This document shows positions 7,357 to 17,301 of a stretch of DNA of 29,229 nt, piece by piece. Position 1 is the stretch's first letter. Each line of letters opens with the position of its first letter. This DNA is from a virus (taxonomy: Duplodnaviria > Caudoviricetes): positions 1-29,229 of the IMG/VR virus record IMGVR_UViG_3300005915_000076. The stretch is one strand, 5' to 3'. The notes under the pieces were generated by a model that saw only the letters and a program-made list of their open reading frames with translations, had not been told where the DNA came from and ran no database searches. A program made the position numbers and the translations under genes.

Positions 7357-8300
7357 AACTGCAGAATCTCCTTCAGCGACGACAACCCGGGATAAGGTGC
7401 GACGATGGACAACCCGGCTGAAAATGAGAGCTCGTGTCCGGCCCCGCCAGTGGCAGATTTCAATTCGGACTTCACCCCTTGACTGCCCAGGGACTTTGCG
7501 TACATGGAGTAAACCCCGGCATTTTCCAGCCCACCGGCAAACATGGCAGCTGAATCATCGAGATTACTCCGGAGGCTGGAAGTCTGGCTTTTTTTCTTGG
7601 CAATCAGGCCTGCAACATCATCGAAAATATTCTCGGCTCCTTTGGAATACCCCTCGATCATTCCCAGACCGGAGAGTAAAGATTGTTCCAACTGAGCCGC
7701 CTGCCTAAAATCCCTGATGCTCCATGAGCTCCAATCCGGTAATCGCGATCCCTGCTTGCGAACAAACCGGACCTGCTCCAACTCCATGGCCTGGTTGATT
7801 CGCCGCAGGACAAACCGGAACTCCTTCAGTGAAAAAAGAGCGTTTAAAGATGAAAGGGTCGACGCAAAAATTGAAGGCGACGGGGCCCCAACCAAAACCG
7901 AGATGATCTCGACCTCGGTGGCACTGCTGAAAACCGGTCGCTGCTTGTCTCCCATGTCGTCAAACTCCCGGCAAATCACGTCGATACAATTGGGAAAAGA
8001 GAGACTACGAAACACGCCTGTACCCTGACCGACTCCCGGGATAAATGGATGGGCAATGATCTTGTAACCGCCGGCCGAAAAGACATCGTTGATCAGATCC
8101 TTGACTTGAGAAACCAACAGCTGTGAAGCCGCGGCAGCTGGATCCACATTCTGGCTATAAAACGTCCCTGCCAAAGATGCCGCCGTCTCCGCCAATCCCA
8201 AAACAGTATCGGCGGTCCCTGCCAGGTTACCCAAACCGGAAACAGCCGACCCCAATTGCGCCGGCGGAACAAGCCCAAATCGTTTCTGCCAGATTGTCAT
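7353..8300 (-). CDS. HP1-type tail-associated hypothetical protein
   Basis: HPF...G...LSFPN...DMGDKQRP motif; synteny downstream of the fibre. Confidence 0.55.
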   Translation of the reverse strand: MTIWQKRFGLVPPAQLGSAVSGLGNLAGTADTVLGLAETAASLAGTFYSQNVDPAAAASQLLVSQVKDLINDVFSAGGYKIIAHPFIPGVGQGTGVFRSLSFPNCIDVICREFDDMGDKQRPVFSSATEVEIISVLVGAPSPSIFASTLSSLNALFSLKEFRFVLRRINQAMELEQVRFVRKQGSRLPDWSSWSIRDFRQAAQLEQSLLSGLGMIEGYSKGAENIFDDVAGLIAKKKSQTSSLRSNLDDSAAMFAGGLENAGVYSMYAKSLGSQGVKSELKSATGGAGHELSFSAGLSIVAPYPGLSSLKEILQL

Positions 8301-8758
8301 TATTCTTCAACGTATTTCGGGTATTTTGCTTTCACCGCCAGGCAGTCGACATAATACTGCTGCTCCTGGGCCAGACCTTCGGCCTGCATGTCGGGATCCT
8401 CGGAATGTTGTTTCGCCCGGGCATCATTAAGTATCATCGGATCCGGATATTCCATCTGCCTGAACCAGGCATAATTCGGGCTGGGTGTTGTCTGGGCAGC
8501 TAGTTTTTCATTTTCTGCTGTAACTTCCGCTTCGATCCTGGCCTCTTCGGCTGCTTCCTGCTGTTCTTCTTGTTGGGTTTTATCAACGAATTCCCATTCT
8601 TCACTGGTCTTTGCCAATTCCAAGGCCCAGGATTGAGCCTCAAATGGGAAGTTTTCGCCATCGCAGTGACGTTGCCATTGGTCTGCAGCTTTTTGGATCT
8701 CGGCTTCGATTGCGGCTTGGCTGTCAAAGTCTGGATATGTGTCTTTGTATATTTTCAT
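8300..8758 (-). CDS. Putative tail fibre assembly/chaperone protein
   Basis: Coupled to the fibre; R-x-x-EYP...AVKAKYPK ending typical of fibre-associated proteins. Confidence 0.55.
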   Translation of the reverse strand: MKIYKDTYPDFDSQAAIEAEIQKAADQWQRHCDGENFPFEAQSWALELAKTSEEWEFVDKTQQEEQQEAAEEARIEAEVTAENEKLAAQTTPSPNYAWFRQMEYPDPMILNDARAKQHSEDPDMQAEGLAQEQQYYVDCLAVKAKYPKYVEE

Positions 8759-11400
8759 GGTAGTGTATAGATAAAGCTTTGAATTGATTTTGCGCGGGTT
8801 TCCTTTGCCACCCTTGGGGCTCCATAGGGTGCTTCTGAAACTCTCGCAAAAGAGTCTGTTCTGAGATAATACCCCCCTGGCGAAGCTTCTCTAAAATTAT
8901 TGCTACCTCCGCCAAACGTATGGGTTCCATCGGACGTAAGACTTGTATCCCCGGCGAGTGCATTTGCTGAAAATCTTAGGGCATAAGGCTGAAAGGCATC
9001 CTCTTGTAAACTAATTCCCGAATTACCCCCCATATCAACAGTCAAATCTCCGACTGCATTGACATTGACAGCCAGACCGGTTTCTGAATCAAACAGAAAG
9101 ATACTGCCGGCACTGATAGCACCGACAATCGTTGTTTTCTTGGTTCCACTGCCTGGCCCAGGGATTCCAAGTCCGGCATCATAGACACGAGCTCCGAATC
9201 TGAACTTTTTCCGGTCAGCTGCAGAGAGCCCGGAGATCTCGTTGGTACCAGCCGATGCATAGTTGCCATTTGTGACAGTTTCAGATCCGGACGGGCTGGT
9301 TCTGTCATGCATATTAGGATCATTGTCTGCTGTAGCTCCGGGACCTTTTGCAATTCGGGTAAACCTTCCAGCAGGATCATCCAGATAGACTTTTTCATAC
9401 AGTGCCCCAAAAGGGTTATGTATCGGTGAAATCTCCAGCAATTCATTCCCTTTATAAAACCGCCAAAGATCAAGAAATCGGCACATATCCTCATTGACAC
9501 CGACTCTCTCAATCGCTTCATAACTGTACCCGTTATTCAACAGAAAATAGGGATTCTTAAGAAGCGTTGGAGATTCGTATGTCTGAGGAATACCACCCCT
9601 GAATATCTGCAGCCCGTTGACCCAGACCCGGTTTCCATACCCCTGGTTTTTGACAAACCGTTGATCCTCTTCATCTACCAAAGATGAGAGTTCATCAAAG
9701 GTTTTATCCACCCAGAAATCACAGAGGCAATCGTTACCGGTCATAAAAATCGGAAATGGAACACCGCCGCCCTGGTCACCCAGGGGAATAGTCGCTTCGG
9801 TTTTCCTGGAGACGGTTATCTTCAAGCGGTCTTTATCAAACAAGATCTTGTCGGTTGGACTGTCCATGCCCACAATCAGGATATCATCTCCATCGTTGAC
9901 AGGGACTACAGCACTGGATTTTGATTTCAGATTCTGTGCAGCATGATCCCACCGGGCTGTGGCTCCTCCAACCCTGGTCTGGGAAAGCGAACCCAGGGCA
10001 TGATCGTATTTCGGTGTCAGGACTTCAATTTTACCCTGAGTACCAAGATCGGTATCCAGGTTATTGATCTGCCGGAAATCGGCCAACATTGAGACAATAA
10101 TCTGCTCGCTGATGGTGCGCTCGATTTCGCCGATCTTTTCAACGTAGTGTTGTTTTCCGTTGTCGTCGACGTTGTCGGCCAGGACCTGGTCGGTGACATG
10201 GATTTCAATATAAGGGGCGATGGTGTTGAAATCGCCCTGGACGTGGACATCGATGTAAACATTGTCGGTTCTGGTGTCTGCCCCGGGAGGAGCGATCGCA
10301 TCCACGGCAGTGCCGATGTTGTTATAATCAGCCAAGTGCCCCTGGTAAGTTGAAACCAATTCTTCCAGGCGGATCCCCTCCTGGAAGGCTTCGCCTGCTT
10401 CGATTTGGAAATCGTTAAACCTGCAGGTCTTGATGGCGTCAATGTTATAGATGACTCCGTTGTCCAGTCCCTCCAGGCCGAACTTGCAGACATCGGAATA
10501 ATCACAGCCGCCAACAACGTCCGGAGCATCCAGTTTCAGTTCAAACTTGGTCCACTCCACCTGATTGACCAGGTTCCATTGATCACGGTTCGCCAGACTG
10601 TCTTCAATGTAGAAAACCACATTTGTGGCCGAATCACCGATCAGATCGATGATCAATCCGTTTTTTCCGCTCCAGTCCCTCGGAGCCGTTGAGACATCTT
10701 TTGTCAGGACCGCATCTTCAATTTGTCCGGAGATTTTCAGGGAGTTGGCTCCTTCAGTTTTAACCGCAGCATCGAGTTCCACTAGGCCGCTGCCACCCGA
10801 AAGTGTCCAGCCTGCTACTGACTCACAATCGTCTTCAACATGGGGGGGGATAGCCGTGACCTTGAAGGCATCGTTCAAAAAAGCTGCTCTGCCGTACAAC
10901 GCTCGGTTGGTTTTTTTTTGCTCGGTTTCACCGGTTTCAAATCGCTCGGTGAAATCCAGCTGCCAGGTTTCCGCCGGCACTACGATTCCGGTCAGTGCCT
11001 GGGCTCCTGAATATGGAAATATCAGGTTGCGAGTAAAGTTGTTCCCGGTCTGTTCGCCCGTGGTCTGTTTTTTATATTGTGGCGTGGTGTGGGTGATCGC
11101 AAACAGGACACCCTCTGCCGTATACCAGCCGATCCAGGTGAAGGTGAAATCTCCCACGCTGGAGTCCAGCAGGGTGGAGTAGACCACCGAATTGGGATTG
11201 ATGAAACCGGCTGCGGTTAAAGCTGCCGTATGCACCAGGTACTGGGCATCGGGTTCGACGTCGGCCTGATCGGGTGTGGTCGGATTCTCTCCGCCCACAT
11301 CGATGTTGAAAAACTTCAGAGTTGCGATAACCAGATTCTCTTCTGCAGCCTGTTTCTGGGCAATGGCGGTTTCGCCTGCTGATGTGATGATTGATGGCAT
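8755..11400 (-). CDS. Tail fibre protein (DUF3751-like anchor, inserted carbohydrate-binding-like domain, collar-type C-terminus)
   Basis: IITSAGE...NSVVYSTLLDSSVGDFTFTWIG...TWQLDFTERF anchor; GRFTR, QEDAFQ and ETRAKS collar motifs. Confidence 0.88.
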   Translation of the reverse strand: MPSIITSAGETAIAQKQAAEENLVIATLKFFNIDVGGENPTTPDQADVEPDAQYLVHTAALTAAGFINPNSVVYSTLLDSSVGDFTFTWIGWYTAEGVLFAITHTTPQYKKQTTGEQTGNNFTRNLIFPYSGAQALTGIVVPAETWQLDFTERFETGETEQKKTNRALYGRAAFLNDAFKVTAIPPHVEDDCESVAGWTLSGGSGLVELDAAVKTEGANSLKISGQIEDAVLTKDVSTAPRDWSGKNGLIIDLIGDSATNVVFYIEDSLANRDQWNLVNQVEWTKFELKLDAPDVVGGCDYSDVCKFGLEGLDNGVIYNIDAIKTCRFNDFQIEAGEAFQEGIRLEELVSTYQGHLADYNNIGTAVDAIAPPGADTRTDNVYIDVHVQGDFNTIAPYIEIHVTDQVLADNVDDNGKQHYVEKIGEIERTISEQIIVSMLADFRQINNLDTDLGTQGKIEVLTPKYDHALGSLSQTRVGGATARWDHAAQNLKSKSSAVVPVNDGDDILIVGMDSPTDKILFDKDRLKITVSRKTEATIPLGDQGGGVPFPIFMTGNDCLCDFWVDKTFDELSSLVDEEDQRFVKNQGYGNRVWVNGLQIFRGGIPQTYESPTLLKNPYFLLNNGYSYEAIERVGVNEDMCRFLDLWRFYKGNELLEISPIHNPFGALYEKVYLDDPAGRFTRIAKGPGATADNDPNMHDRTSPSGSETVTNGNYASAGTNEISGLSAADRKKFRFGARVYDAGLGIPGPGSGTKKTTIVGAISAGSIFLFDSETGLAVNVNAVGDLTVDMGGNSGISLQEDAFQPYALRFSANALAGDTSLTSDGTHTFGGGSNNFREASPGGYYLRTDSFARVSEAPYGAPRVAKETRAKSIQSFIYTLP

Positions 11401-11401
11401 T

Positions 11402-12022
11402 TTAGACGCTCGCTATTTCGGTTTGTTGGTCATGCGCGATCAGTCCGATCGGCAGGTTCAGATTCACTGTCTCTTCAGCTGAAAAGATCTGGTTCGGTAT
11501 GGCACTTTCGGTCTCCTGATTGTGGTCCACCGGAGCTGTGGGCAGAATGATCCAAGCGGATTCATTGACTGTCTGGGAATAACGCCTGCAGGTCATCCCG
11601 TATTCCTGAAAGATCTTCAACAGCAGATCCTGGTCCTCGGTGATTCCCCCCTGGGGCAATTCGATCGTGACCACATCCGGATCCACTTGGGGGAGTCTTT
11701 CCAGGATCAGAAACTCAGGCACCCCAAAGCGGTTCAGTATGTCCTCCAACCCGTTGATCAAGCCCGCACTCTGCAGGTTCTCAATGGCGTTTTTAACCCG
11801 GCTGCGGTACAGGTCGATATCTTCGCTGGGAAATCTTCCAACCCTTCTGCCCCATCCATGAACCGTCAAAGCCAGGGGATGACAGTTTTCAATATCCCGC
11901 TGTTTGAGGGGCAGCTGCAGCCAGGTCTCAACCTTGGACCAGAAAGCCAGACAGGCCTTCGCCAGCTTGACGATCTCCAGCCCGTTGAGCCAGGTTTTCA
12001 GTTCGGACGTTATATCGATCAT
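11402..12022 (-). CDS. Baseplate/tail protein I-like
   Basis: W...R...EDIDLYRSRVKNA...AG...ILNRFGV...YGMTCRRY; between J and fibre. Confidence 0.8.
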   Translation of the reverse strand: MIDITSELKTWLNGLEIVKLAKACLAFWSKVETWLQLPLKQRDIENCHPLALTVHGWGRRVGRFPSEDIDLYRSRVKNAIENLQSAGLINGLEDILNRFGVPEFLILERLPQVDPDVVTIELPQGGITEDQDLLLKIFQEYGMTCRRYSQTVNESAWIILPTAPVDHNQETESAIPNQIFSAEETVNLNLPIGLIAHDQQTEIASV

Positions 12023-13209
12023 AAGACAGTCACCACAGGATCCCCGTTAATCCGGGCGATATTCATATCCATGACAATATCTGCGGTCGGGGAGTTCCAC
12101 TTCAGGGAATAAGCGTGTCCCACCTCCCGGTGAATATCCCGTCCGAGATTGGAGATGGAAAACACCGAAAAGGGCTTTGTCCGGGTGACATCCGGATAAG
12201 CAGCGCTGCCCCTGAAAGCTGCCAGGATCACGTTTTTGACATCGGTTTCAAGTTGGGTCTTCTCTTCTGCGGTCAGGTTGGCCACTGGTGTCACCTCGAC
12301 GTCAACGGACTTGTTCAGCCCGGGCATGGCAAAACAGAGCAGGTCGTCATTGTGGCCATGGTTGCCATCATCATTAATATGAGTGTTGATGCCGTCGATA
12401 AACACCTGGGCGGGCTCTCCCACATCCAACAGAATATAGGCGTTCGCAGTATAAGGACCCCTGGGGGCTGTGTGATCGAAATAGATGTCGTCCGGATCCA
12501 CACCGCTGAATTTTGAGATAATTGACCTGTAAGCGGCATCTGTATGCATGGATGATTGCTCTAATATGACATTGCGGGTGCGGTCTCTGAGACTATCATC
12601 ACTTTCAATATCCGCCCCGGGCTGGGTGAGCCAATCGGATTCATTTTGCACCTGGGTGATGCCTGGGACCGCTGACGATAAAACCGCATAATACCCCGCC
12701 TGCAGGTTGTAAGCTTCGCCAACGGCCGCAGCAATCACCGGAACCCTGACCGAGAGCTCCCCATCCAGGATTGTGCCCTCAGCGGTTGTGCTGACCTGGT
12801 AGACAACCCCGTCGATCTCAACCGACGAGACAACGGTTCCGACGGCAACAGGCAGATCCCCGACCGACTGCTCCCGGGTAAATGTGATCAATCCCTCTGC
12901 CTCCGATGCCGGTTTGCGGGTCAGGCCCCTGGACCAGGCAATGATCTCCAGCAGCGTGCCTGTGGCCCATTTCAAAAAGAGATTGGGCATCACCGAATTG
13001 ATCATAAAGATGATCAGCCACAAGGCGGGTTTGGTGACAATCGCCGCCAGCAATATGAAAAAAGGGGAATATTCAGACGTATTGGCGATGCTGGAGCCCT
13101 GGGCCTTCAACTCGTCATGAAAATGCTGGGTCAACGCCTCTGCGGTGGTGGGAACCCCTTCATCGGCGACAATCTGATCGATGATCTCTTTGGCTTCTTG
13201 GTTGCTCAT
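12019..13209 (-). CDS. Baseplate J-like wedge protein
   Basis: NTSEYSPF, GLTRKPA, GEAYNL, PGADIESDDSLRDR, APRGPYTANAY, GNHGHNDD. Confidence 0.92.
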   Translation of the reverse strand: MSNQEAKEIIDQIVADEGVPTTAEALTQHFHDELKAQGSSIANTSEYSPFFILLAAIVTKPALWLIIFMINSVMPNLFLKWATGTLLEIIAWSRGLTRKPASEAEGLITFTREQSVGDLPVAVGTVVSSVEIDGVVYQVSTTAEGTILDGELSVRVPVIAAAVGEAYNLQAGYYAVLSSAVPGITQVQNESDWLTQPGADIESDDSLRDRTRNVILEQSSMHTDAAYRSIISKFSGVDPDDIYFDHTAPRGPYTANAYILLDVGEPAQVFIDGINTHINDDGNHGHNDDLLCFAMPGLNKSVDVEVTPVANLTAEEKTQLETDVKNVILAAFRGSAAYPDVTRTKPFSVFSISNLGRDIHREVGHAYSLKWNSPTADIVMDMNIARINGDPVVTVL

Positions 13210-13210
13210 A

Positions 13211-13525
13211 TCACATATTTACGGCTATAAATTCATCGTCGTTGGTTATGGCTGTAATCTGGGAATTGCCTTCTCCCAGGTCCAAAATATTGACACTGTC
13301 CGGGCGGATCCGCTCTTCGTGCTTGGCTACTATTTTAATCTGCTGCAGGGTGGTTTGATTTTCCTGGCCCCTCGCTGCGACCAGTTTCGGAACCAGTCCG
13401 GATTCTTTGATCCGGTGTTTCAGATCCTGGGCAATGGCTGCTTGATTGGAGATAGTCAGCGGTTCACCGTCACTACCAAAGACCAGATCCCCGTCTTCAA
13501 TTAAAAGGTCGAGTACTTCATCCAT
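13211..13525 (-). CDS. Baseplate wedge/sheath initiator (DUF2590, gp25/W-like)
   Basis: DLLIEDGDL...IAQDLKHRIKESGL...ERIRPDSV. Confidence 0.8.
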   Translation of the reverse strand: MDEVLDLLIEDGDLVFGSDGEPLTISNQAAIAQDLKHRIKESGLVPKLVAARGQENQTTLQQIKIVAKHEERIRPDSVNILDLGEGNSQITAITNDDEFIAVNM

Positions 13526-15705
13526 TAGCCGATCCCCTGCATGAAGAACAATGATCGCAACGTCGAGGGACTTTTGATCTCTTTTTCAGTATGAATATGC
13601 ACATCGCGCATATTTTTGCTGTTATCGGTGGACGTCGACTGGTTGAACTTTTTAATCATGGATGATGCGCCGGCGACCACCGCCCCTTTGGATTTTTCCT
13701 GATGCGCGTTGGCCAGGCTTGGCCTTTGCTCACGTTCATCTTCCGGTAGTGGTTGGATAGTGCTTTGTACTTTTTGCGGTACCCCCGCTATGCCCAGAGT
13801 CGTAAATCGTTTGAACCATGACGGCTGATCCATAACCACTTCCGGCACCGGCAGTTTTGCAGTCGCTGCAGCTTTTGTGATGTTCTGATCAGGCAGGACC
13901 GTCTGCGGCTGGTTTTGGACCTCGGTGGTTTTACCCAGATTGATATCCAGTCCGATGGCTGCACCAATTTTGTTAAAGAATCCCAAAACCGGCTGAAACT
14001 GCTTTAAGATACTGTCAATGGCAGAGCTGAAACCGGTGCTCAGCCATTCCCAAAAATCCGAGAACCAGGTCTTGATAGATTCCCAATTACTGATAATCAA
14101 AAGCGGGATGGCGATAAACGGCATAAATACCGCGGCCAGAATTTTGAACCAACCAGGCATCTGGTTGAACCAGTCGGCCACCCCGATGATGGCATCTCGA
14201 AGCTGCCGCCAGTAAACCACCGCCAGAACGACAACGGCGACCAGGGCCACAATGGCAATGACAATCCAGGTGATAGGATTTGCCCAGATCGCAGCATTGA
14301 CCATCCAGATAACACCTTGCCAGGCCAGCATGGCCAGTTTGATCGCAATGATAACAGTACCCATCAGCAGCAGGGAAGCGACAAAAGCGAGTACCCCGCC
14401 GACCTTCAGCATAAACAGGGCGATTCTCAAGCCAATGATCGTGATCCGCCAGAGAATCATAATCCCCCTGACGCCTGCGATCGCAAAATGGGCAATGCCT
14501 AAAATCAGGGAAAAAGATGAAACCGCCAGAATCAGACCGAATACACCCAGCACCGTGATGCCGATTGTCTTGGTCAGGTAGGGGAATTTATCCGCCCAAC
14601 CCTGAACCTGTTCGGTGCCGTTGGAAATCATATCGGTCAGAGGATTCAGAACCGGCAGCACCTGGCTCATGATCACATAGGACATGTTTTCTAAACCGGT
14701 TTTGACTTTGTTGAGCATGCCCAAAAATCCCTTGTTGACCCCCTTTTTCAGTTCGTCCATCGTTCCACCAAAAGCAGCAGGCCCGTTCATGCCCTTCATG
14801 ATATCCAGCATTCCCGAAAGACCGACGTCTTCTGACGGAGTTCCGAAGATATTTTTAAAGAGGTTGAATTTCTTGGTATCGTTTTCAATCCCTGCTATCG
14901 CCGGACCTATTTTTGACAAAGCCTGAACCGTGGTGATCTGACCCATCTGCAACTGGTCGCCGATATGTCCCAGCCCCAGATCCCCCAGGGCACCTTTGGA
15001 GTCTTTGTCCAGTTCCCTGAGTTTCAGTCCAGCTTCCTTGATCGCATCGAGTCCCTTATCAACCGACCATCCCCCTGCAAGTGCCGCTTTGGTGGTGGCG
15101 GTCATCTGCTGGATGTTAAAGCCCAGGGCTTTCATTTGGGGGGAGTATTCATGGATAGTATCTAAGAGTTCCGATTTCAGATCGCCGCCCTGGGAAGCCA
15201 GGTATCCGACCATATCCCCTGCAGCTGATGCCGAGACTTTAAAGTCCCGCATGACCTGGACCTGGGCTCTCAGGAGATCCTGATGATCCATATCGCTGAA
15301 GCGTTTGTTCAACACCAGGGTGTTACCGGCCATCAACTCCAGCTCTTTGCCTGCCAGACCTGACATGCGCCTGGTCTGGGAGAGTAGATCCAGGCTTTCG
15401 TTGAGCCCTCCGGCAAAATTCTTGTTCATGCGCAGGGCGGACTGCTCCATCTGTTCTACAACCCGGATATTTTCCTGGCCCCCGGTTTTCATCATATTGA
15501 GCCGATCCTGAAACTGTGCTGCCGGCAGAACGGTTTTCATGAACCCCATAACAGCAGCCGCACCACCTATAAAGGCGTCCCGCATCCGATCAACCCCTGC
15601 AGTGGTATGATGGGTAAACCGGTTCACATAGGCCTGCACTTTCTTGATAGGTCGCGTAAACTTATCGATCAGTTTCAGTGTAAATGATAGCTGTTTTCCG
15701 GCCAT
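13525..15705 (-). CDS. Tail tape measure protein
   Basis: LKLIDKFTRP start, ELLDTIHEYSPQ...DAIKE, ANPITWIV hydrophobic stretch and W-spaced repeats. Confidence 0.93.
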   Translation of the reverse strand: MAGKQLSFTLKLIDKFTRPIKKVQAYVNRFTHHTTAGVDRMRDAFIGGAAAVMGFMKTVLPAAQFQDRLNMMKTGGQENIRVVEQMEQSALRMNKNFAGGLNESLDLLSQTRRMSGLAGKELELMAGNTLVLNKRFSDMDHQDLLRAQVQVMRDFKVSASAAGDMVGYLASQGGDLKSELLDTIHEYSPQMKALGFNIQQMTATTKAALAGGWSVDKGLDAIKEAGLKLRELDKDSKGALGDLGLGHIGDQLQMGQITTVQALSKIGPAIAGIENDTKKFNLFKNIFGTPSEDVGLSGMLDIMKGMNGPAAFGGTMDELKKGVNKGFLGMLNKVKTGLENMSYVIMSQVLPVLNPLTDMISNGTEQVQGWADKFPYLTKTIGITVLGVFGLILAVSSFSLILGIAHFAIAGVRGIMILWRITIIGLRIALFMLKVGGVLAFVASLLLMGTVIIAIKLAMLAWQGVIWMVNAAIWANPITWIVIAIVALVAVVVLAVVYWRQLRDAIIGVADWFNQMPGWFKILAAVFMPFIAIPLLIISNWESIKTWFSDFWEWLSTGFSSAIDSILKQFQPVLGFFNKIGAAIGLDINLGKTTEVQNQPQTVLPDQNITKAAATAKLPVPEVVMDQPSWFKRFTTLGIAGVPQKVQSTIQPLPEDEREQRPSLANAHQEKSKGAVVAGASSMIKKFNQSTSTDNSKNMRDVHIHTEKEIKSPSTLRSLFFMQGIG

Positions 15706-15747
15706 GATGAATTAATTTCAATATGATTCTAATTAAACGATTAGTGA

Positions 15748-16229
15748 TTAACCCTCGCCGAAGGCTTTGGCCACTCCGTTTTGGACAGCTGTAGACATCC
15801 GTTTCCAGCGCTGTTCTTCTCTGAAGAACGCCCTGCCCAAAATTTGAGGTGTCGGCTCTCTGCCCGGGAAGAACTCATCCGCCAGATCCAATAAATACAA
15901 CAGGTCCGATCCTTCGATCTGTGCCGCAACCTCTAACGCTTTTTTACGGTCACCTCCAGATCAGGAGCGACATTATCGGCCAGTACGCCTGCGATCTGCA
16001 ACGCAACCCCGGGGTTTTTCTTCTTCAATTCCCGAAACGCCACCAGGTCATCATTATGAATAGCGGAAACACAGTAGTTATTACCCGCCTTAGTCAACTT
16101 TCCGCTGCCCATCGTATTGATGAACGTGTCGTATCCCCGAAAGGCTGCATCTGGATCAAACCTGAATTCCTGATCATTCAGTTCGATGGTGATAAAGTCC
16201 GCCGGTTTTGCAATGTCGTCTTTTGGCAT
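15748..16229 (-). CDS. Tail assembly chaperone long form via -1 frameshift (G-T type)
   Basis: A_AAA_AAG at 15939-15945; -1 frame ALEVAAQIEGSDLL...AVQNGVAKAFGEG* ends at 15748, just before the tape measure. Confidence 0.75.
15933..16229 (-). CDS. Tail assembly chaperone (short form)
   Basis: HP1-type PGVALQIAG...PDLEVTVKK; upstream of the tape measure. Confidence 0.82.
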   Translation of the reverse strand: MPKDDIAKPADFITIELNDQEFRFDPDAAFRGYDTFINTMGSGKLTKAGNNYCVSAIHNDDLVAFRELKKKNPGVALQIAGVLADNVAPDLEVTVKKR

Positions 16230-16292
16230 GATTGTCCTCTGGTTCTGTTTAATGTTGAAAAAGTAAAATCAGTTGATAAAAGAATCGGCAGA

Positions 16293-16631
16293 TCAGGAGT
16301 CTTCTATAGCCTTGAACAGCTTCGCAACCTTCTTGTCCCCGGTTCTTTTGGCGTGTATCAACAACTGCCTGTTATCGACATAGGGATTGGAATCCAGCGA
16401 TTTGAGCACATCCTTGACTCCCTTGCGCGCAATCCGGATCAGAACCAAAGCCAGGCCACCACCGCTGATTCCGGTGAATATCAAGATCTGCTCCAGCAGG
16501 GTGAAGCCCGCATCGGCCACCACGCTATAATCAACCGTGCCTTCCGCTGCCGACAGCCTGCCAGCTAAAAAGATAAAAAGGGCAAACACGGTGAAAAACA
16601 TCAATTTAATAAAGAGATTCAACATTTTCAT
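16293..16631 (-). CDS. Lysis-cassette membrane protein (holin-like)
   Basis: Two hydrophobic segments and a basic C-terminus; downstream of endolysin. Confidence 0.5.
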   Translation of the reverse strand: MKMLNLFIKLMFFTVFALFIFLAGRLSAAEGTVDYSVVADAGFTLLEQILIFTGISGGGLALVLIRIARKGVKDVLKSLDSNPYVDNRQLLIHAKRTGDKKVAKLFKAIEDS

Positions 16632-16641
16632 GGCTAACTCC

Positions 16642-16899
16642 CTAGGGAATAAATTTACTTAAGAAACCAAAAACGCCTCCCAGGATAGAGGCGAAGCCGA
16701 GTGTTTTGAGTTTGAACTTCGTCACATCCTTTTCCAAATCCCGGTGGTTATCCTGCTGCTCTTTGTCTTTGGTTGAAATATCCTTGCGCAGATCGGTGAT
16801 CTCAGTACGCATGACACCCTGCTCGGTTTTGATCTCCTGGACCGTCCCTTTGATCTCCCCGATCAATAAAAGCAGTTGTCCGTCGCACTTGTCGCACAT
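16642..16899 (-). CDS. Lysis-cassette coiled-coil protein with C-terminal TM (holin/XhlA-like)
   Basis: Heptad-rich body then LGFASILGGVFGFL. Confidence 0.5.
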   Translation of the reverse strand: MCDKCDGQLLLLIGEIKGTVQEIKTEQGVMRTEITDLRKDISTKDKEQQDNHRDLEKDVTKFKLKTLGFASILGGVFGFLSKFIP

Positions 16900-16901
16900 G
16901 T

Positions 16902-17300
16902 TCAGTCCTCGACCAGTTCGAAATGAATCAGGTCGTTAAAGGTTTGATCGTTCAGATCGTTGTCACCATCCCAGTCACCGCCCCAACGGATCTTAATCTC
17001 TAAGCATTTGGCAATGCCTTTGACGACACCCCCGAAAAAATAAAAGAATTTCCGATCCTCCCAATCCGGGATAGGCCAAGGTGCCACATCGATACCTTCA
17101 GAGGGCTTTTTGTTGTGCCTGCCCTTTGGGTACTTCACCTTGGATTTGCCCAGGGCGAACAGTTTGTTCTGCCGGGTTTTACCCCGGTATCCATCCAGAA
17201 TAGTGCAATCGTATATCGGGACCACTGCCCTGAATAGCCGCTGCAGGTCCGGATGACAGGTTGCAAGCCGCCGCCGTGACCTTTTCCCGAATGATGCCAT
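16902..17300 (-). CDS. Endolysin, M15 family (L-Ala-D-Glu-type) peptidase
   Basis: MASFGKRSRRRLATCHPDL...GYR...Q...H...SEGID...IRWGGDW...DLIHFEL; true start at 17300, not 17531. Confidence 0.9.
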   Translation of the reverse strand: MASFGKRSRRRLATCHPDLQRLFRAVVPIYDCTILDGYRGKTRQNKLFALGKSKVKYPKGRHNKKPSEGIDVAPWPIPDWEDRKFFYFFGGVVKGIAKCLEIKIRWGGDWDGDNDLNDQTFNDLIHFELVED

Positions 17301-17301
17301 C

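Noticed and set aside
8755-9000. Fibre C-terminus as a diversity-generating retroelement target or invertible segment
   Set aside because: No reverse transcriptase, invertase, template repeat or alternative fibre end in the window
15741-15929. 62-aa ORF from the track
   Set aside because: Wrong frame; the conserved-looking product is the -1 frame ending at 15748
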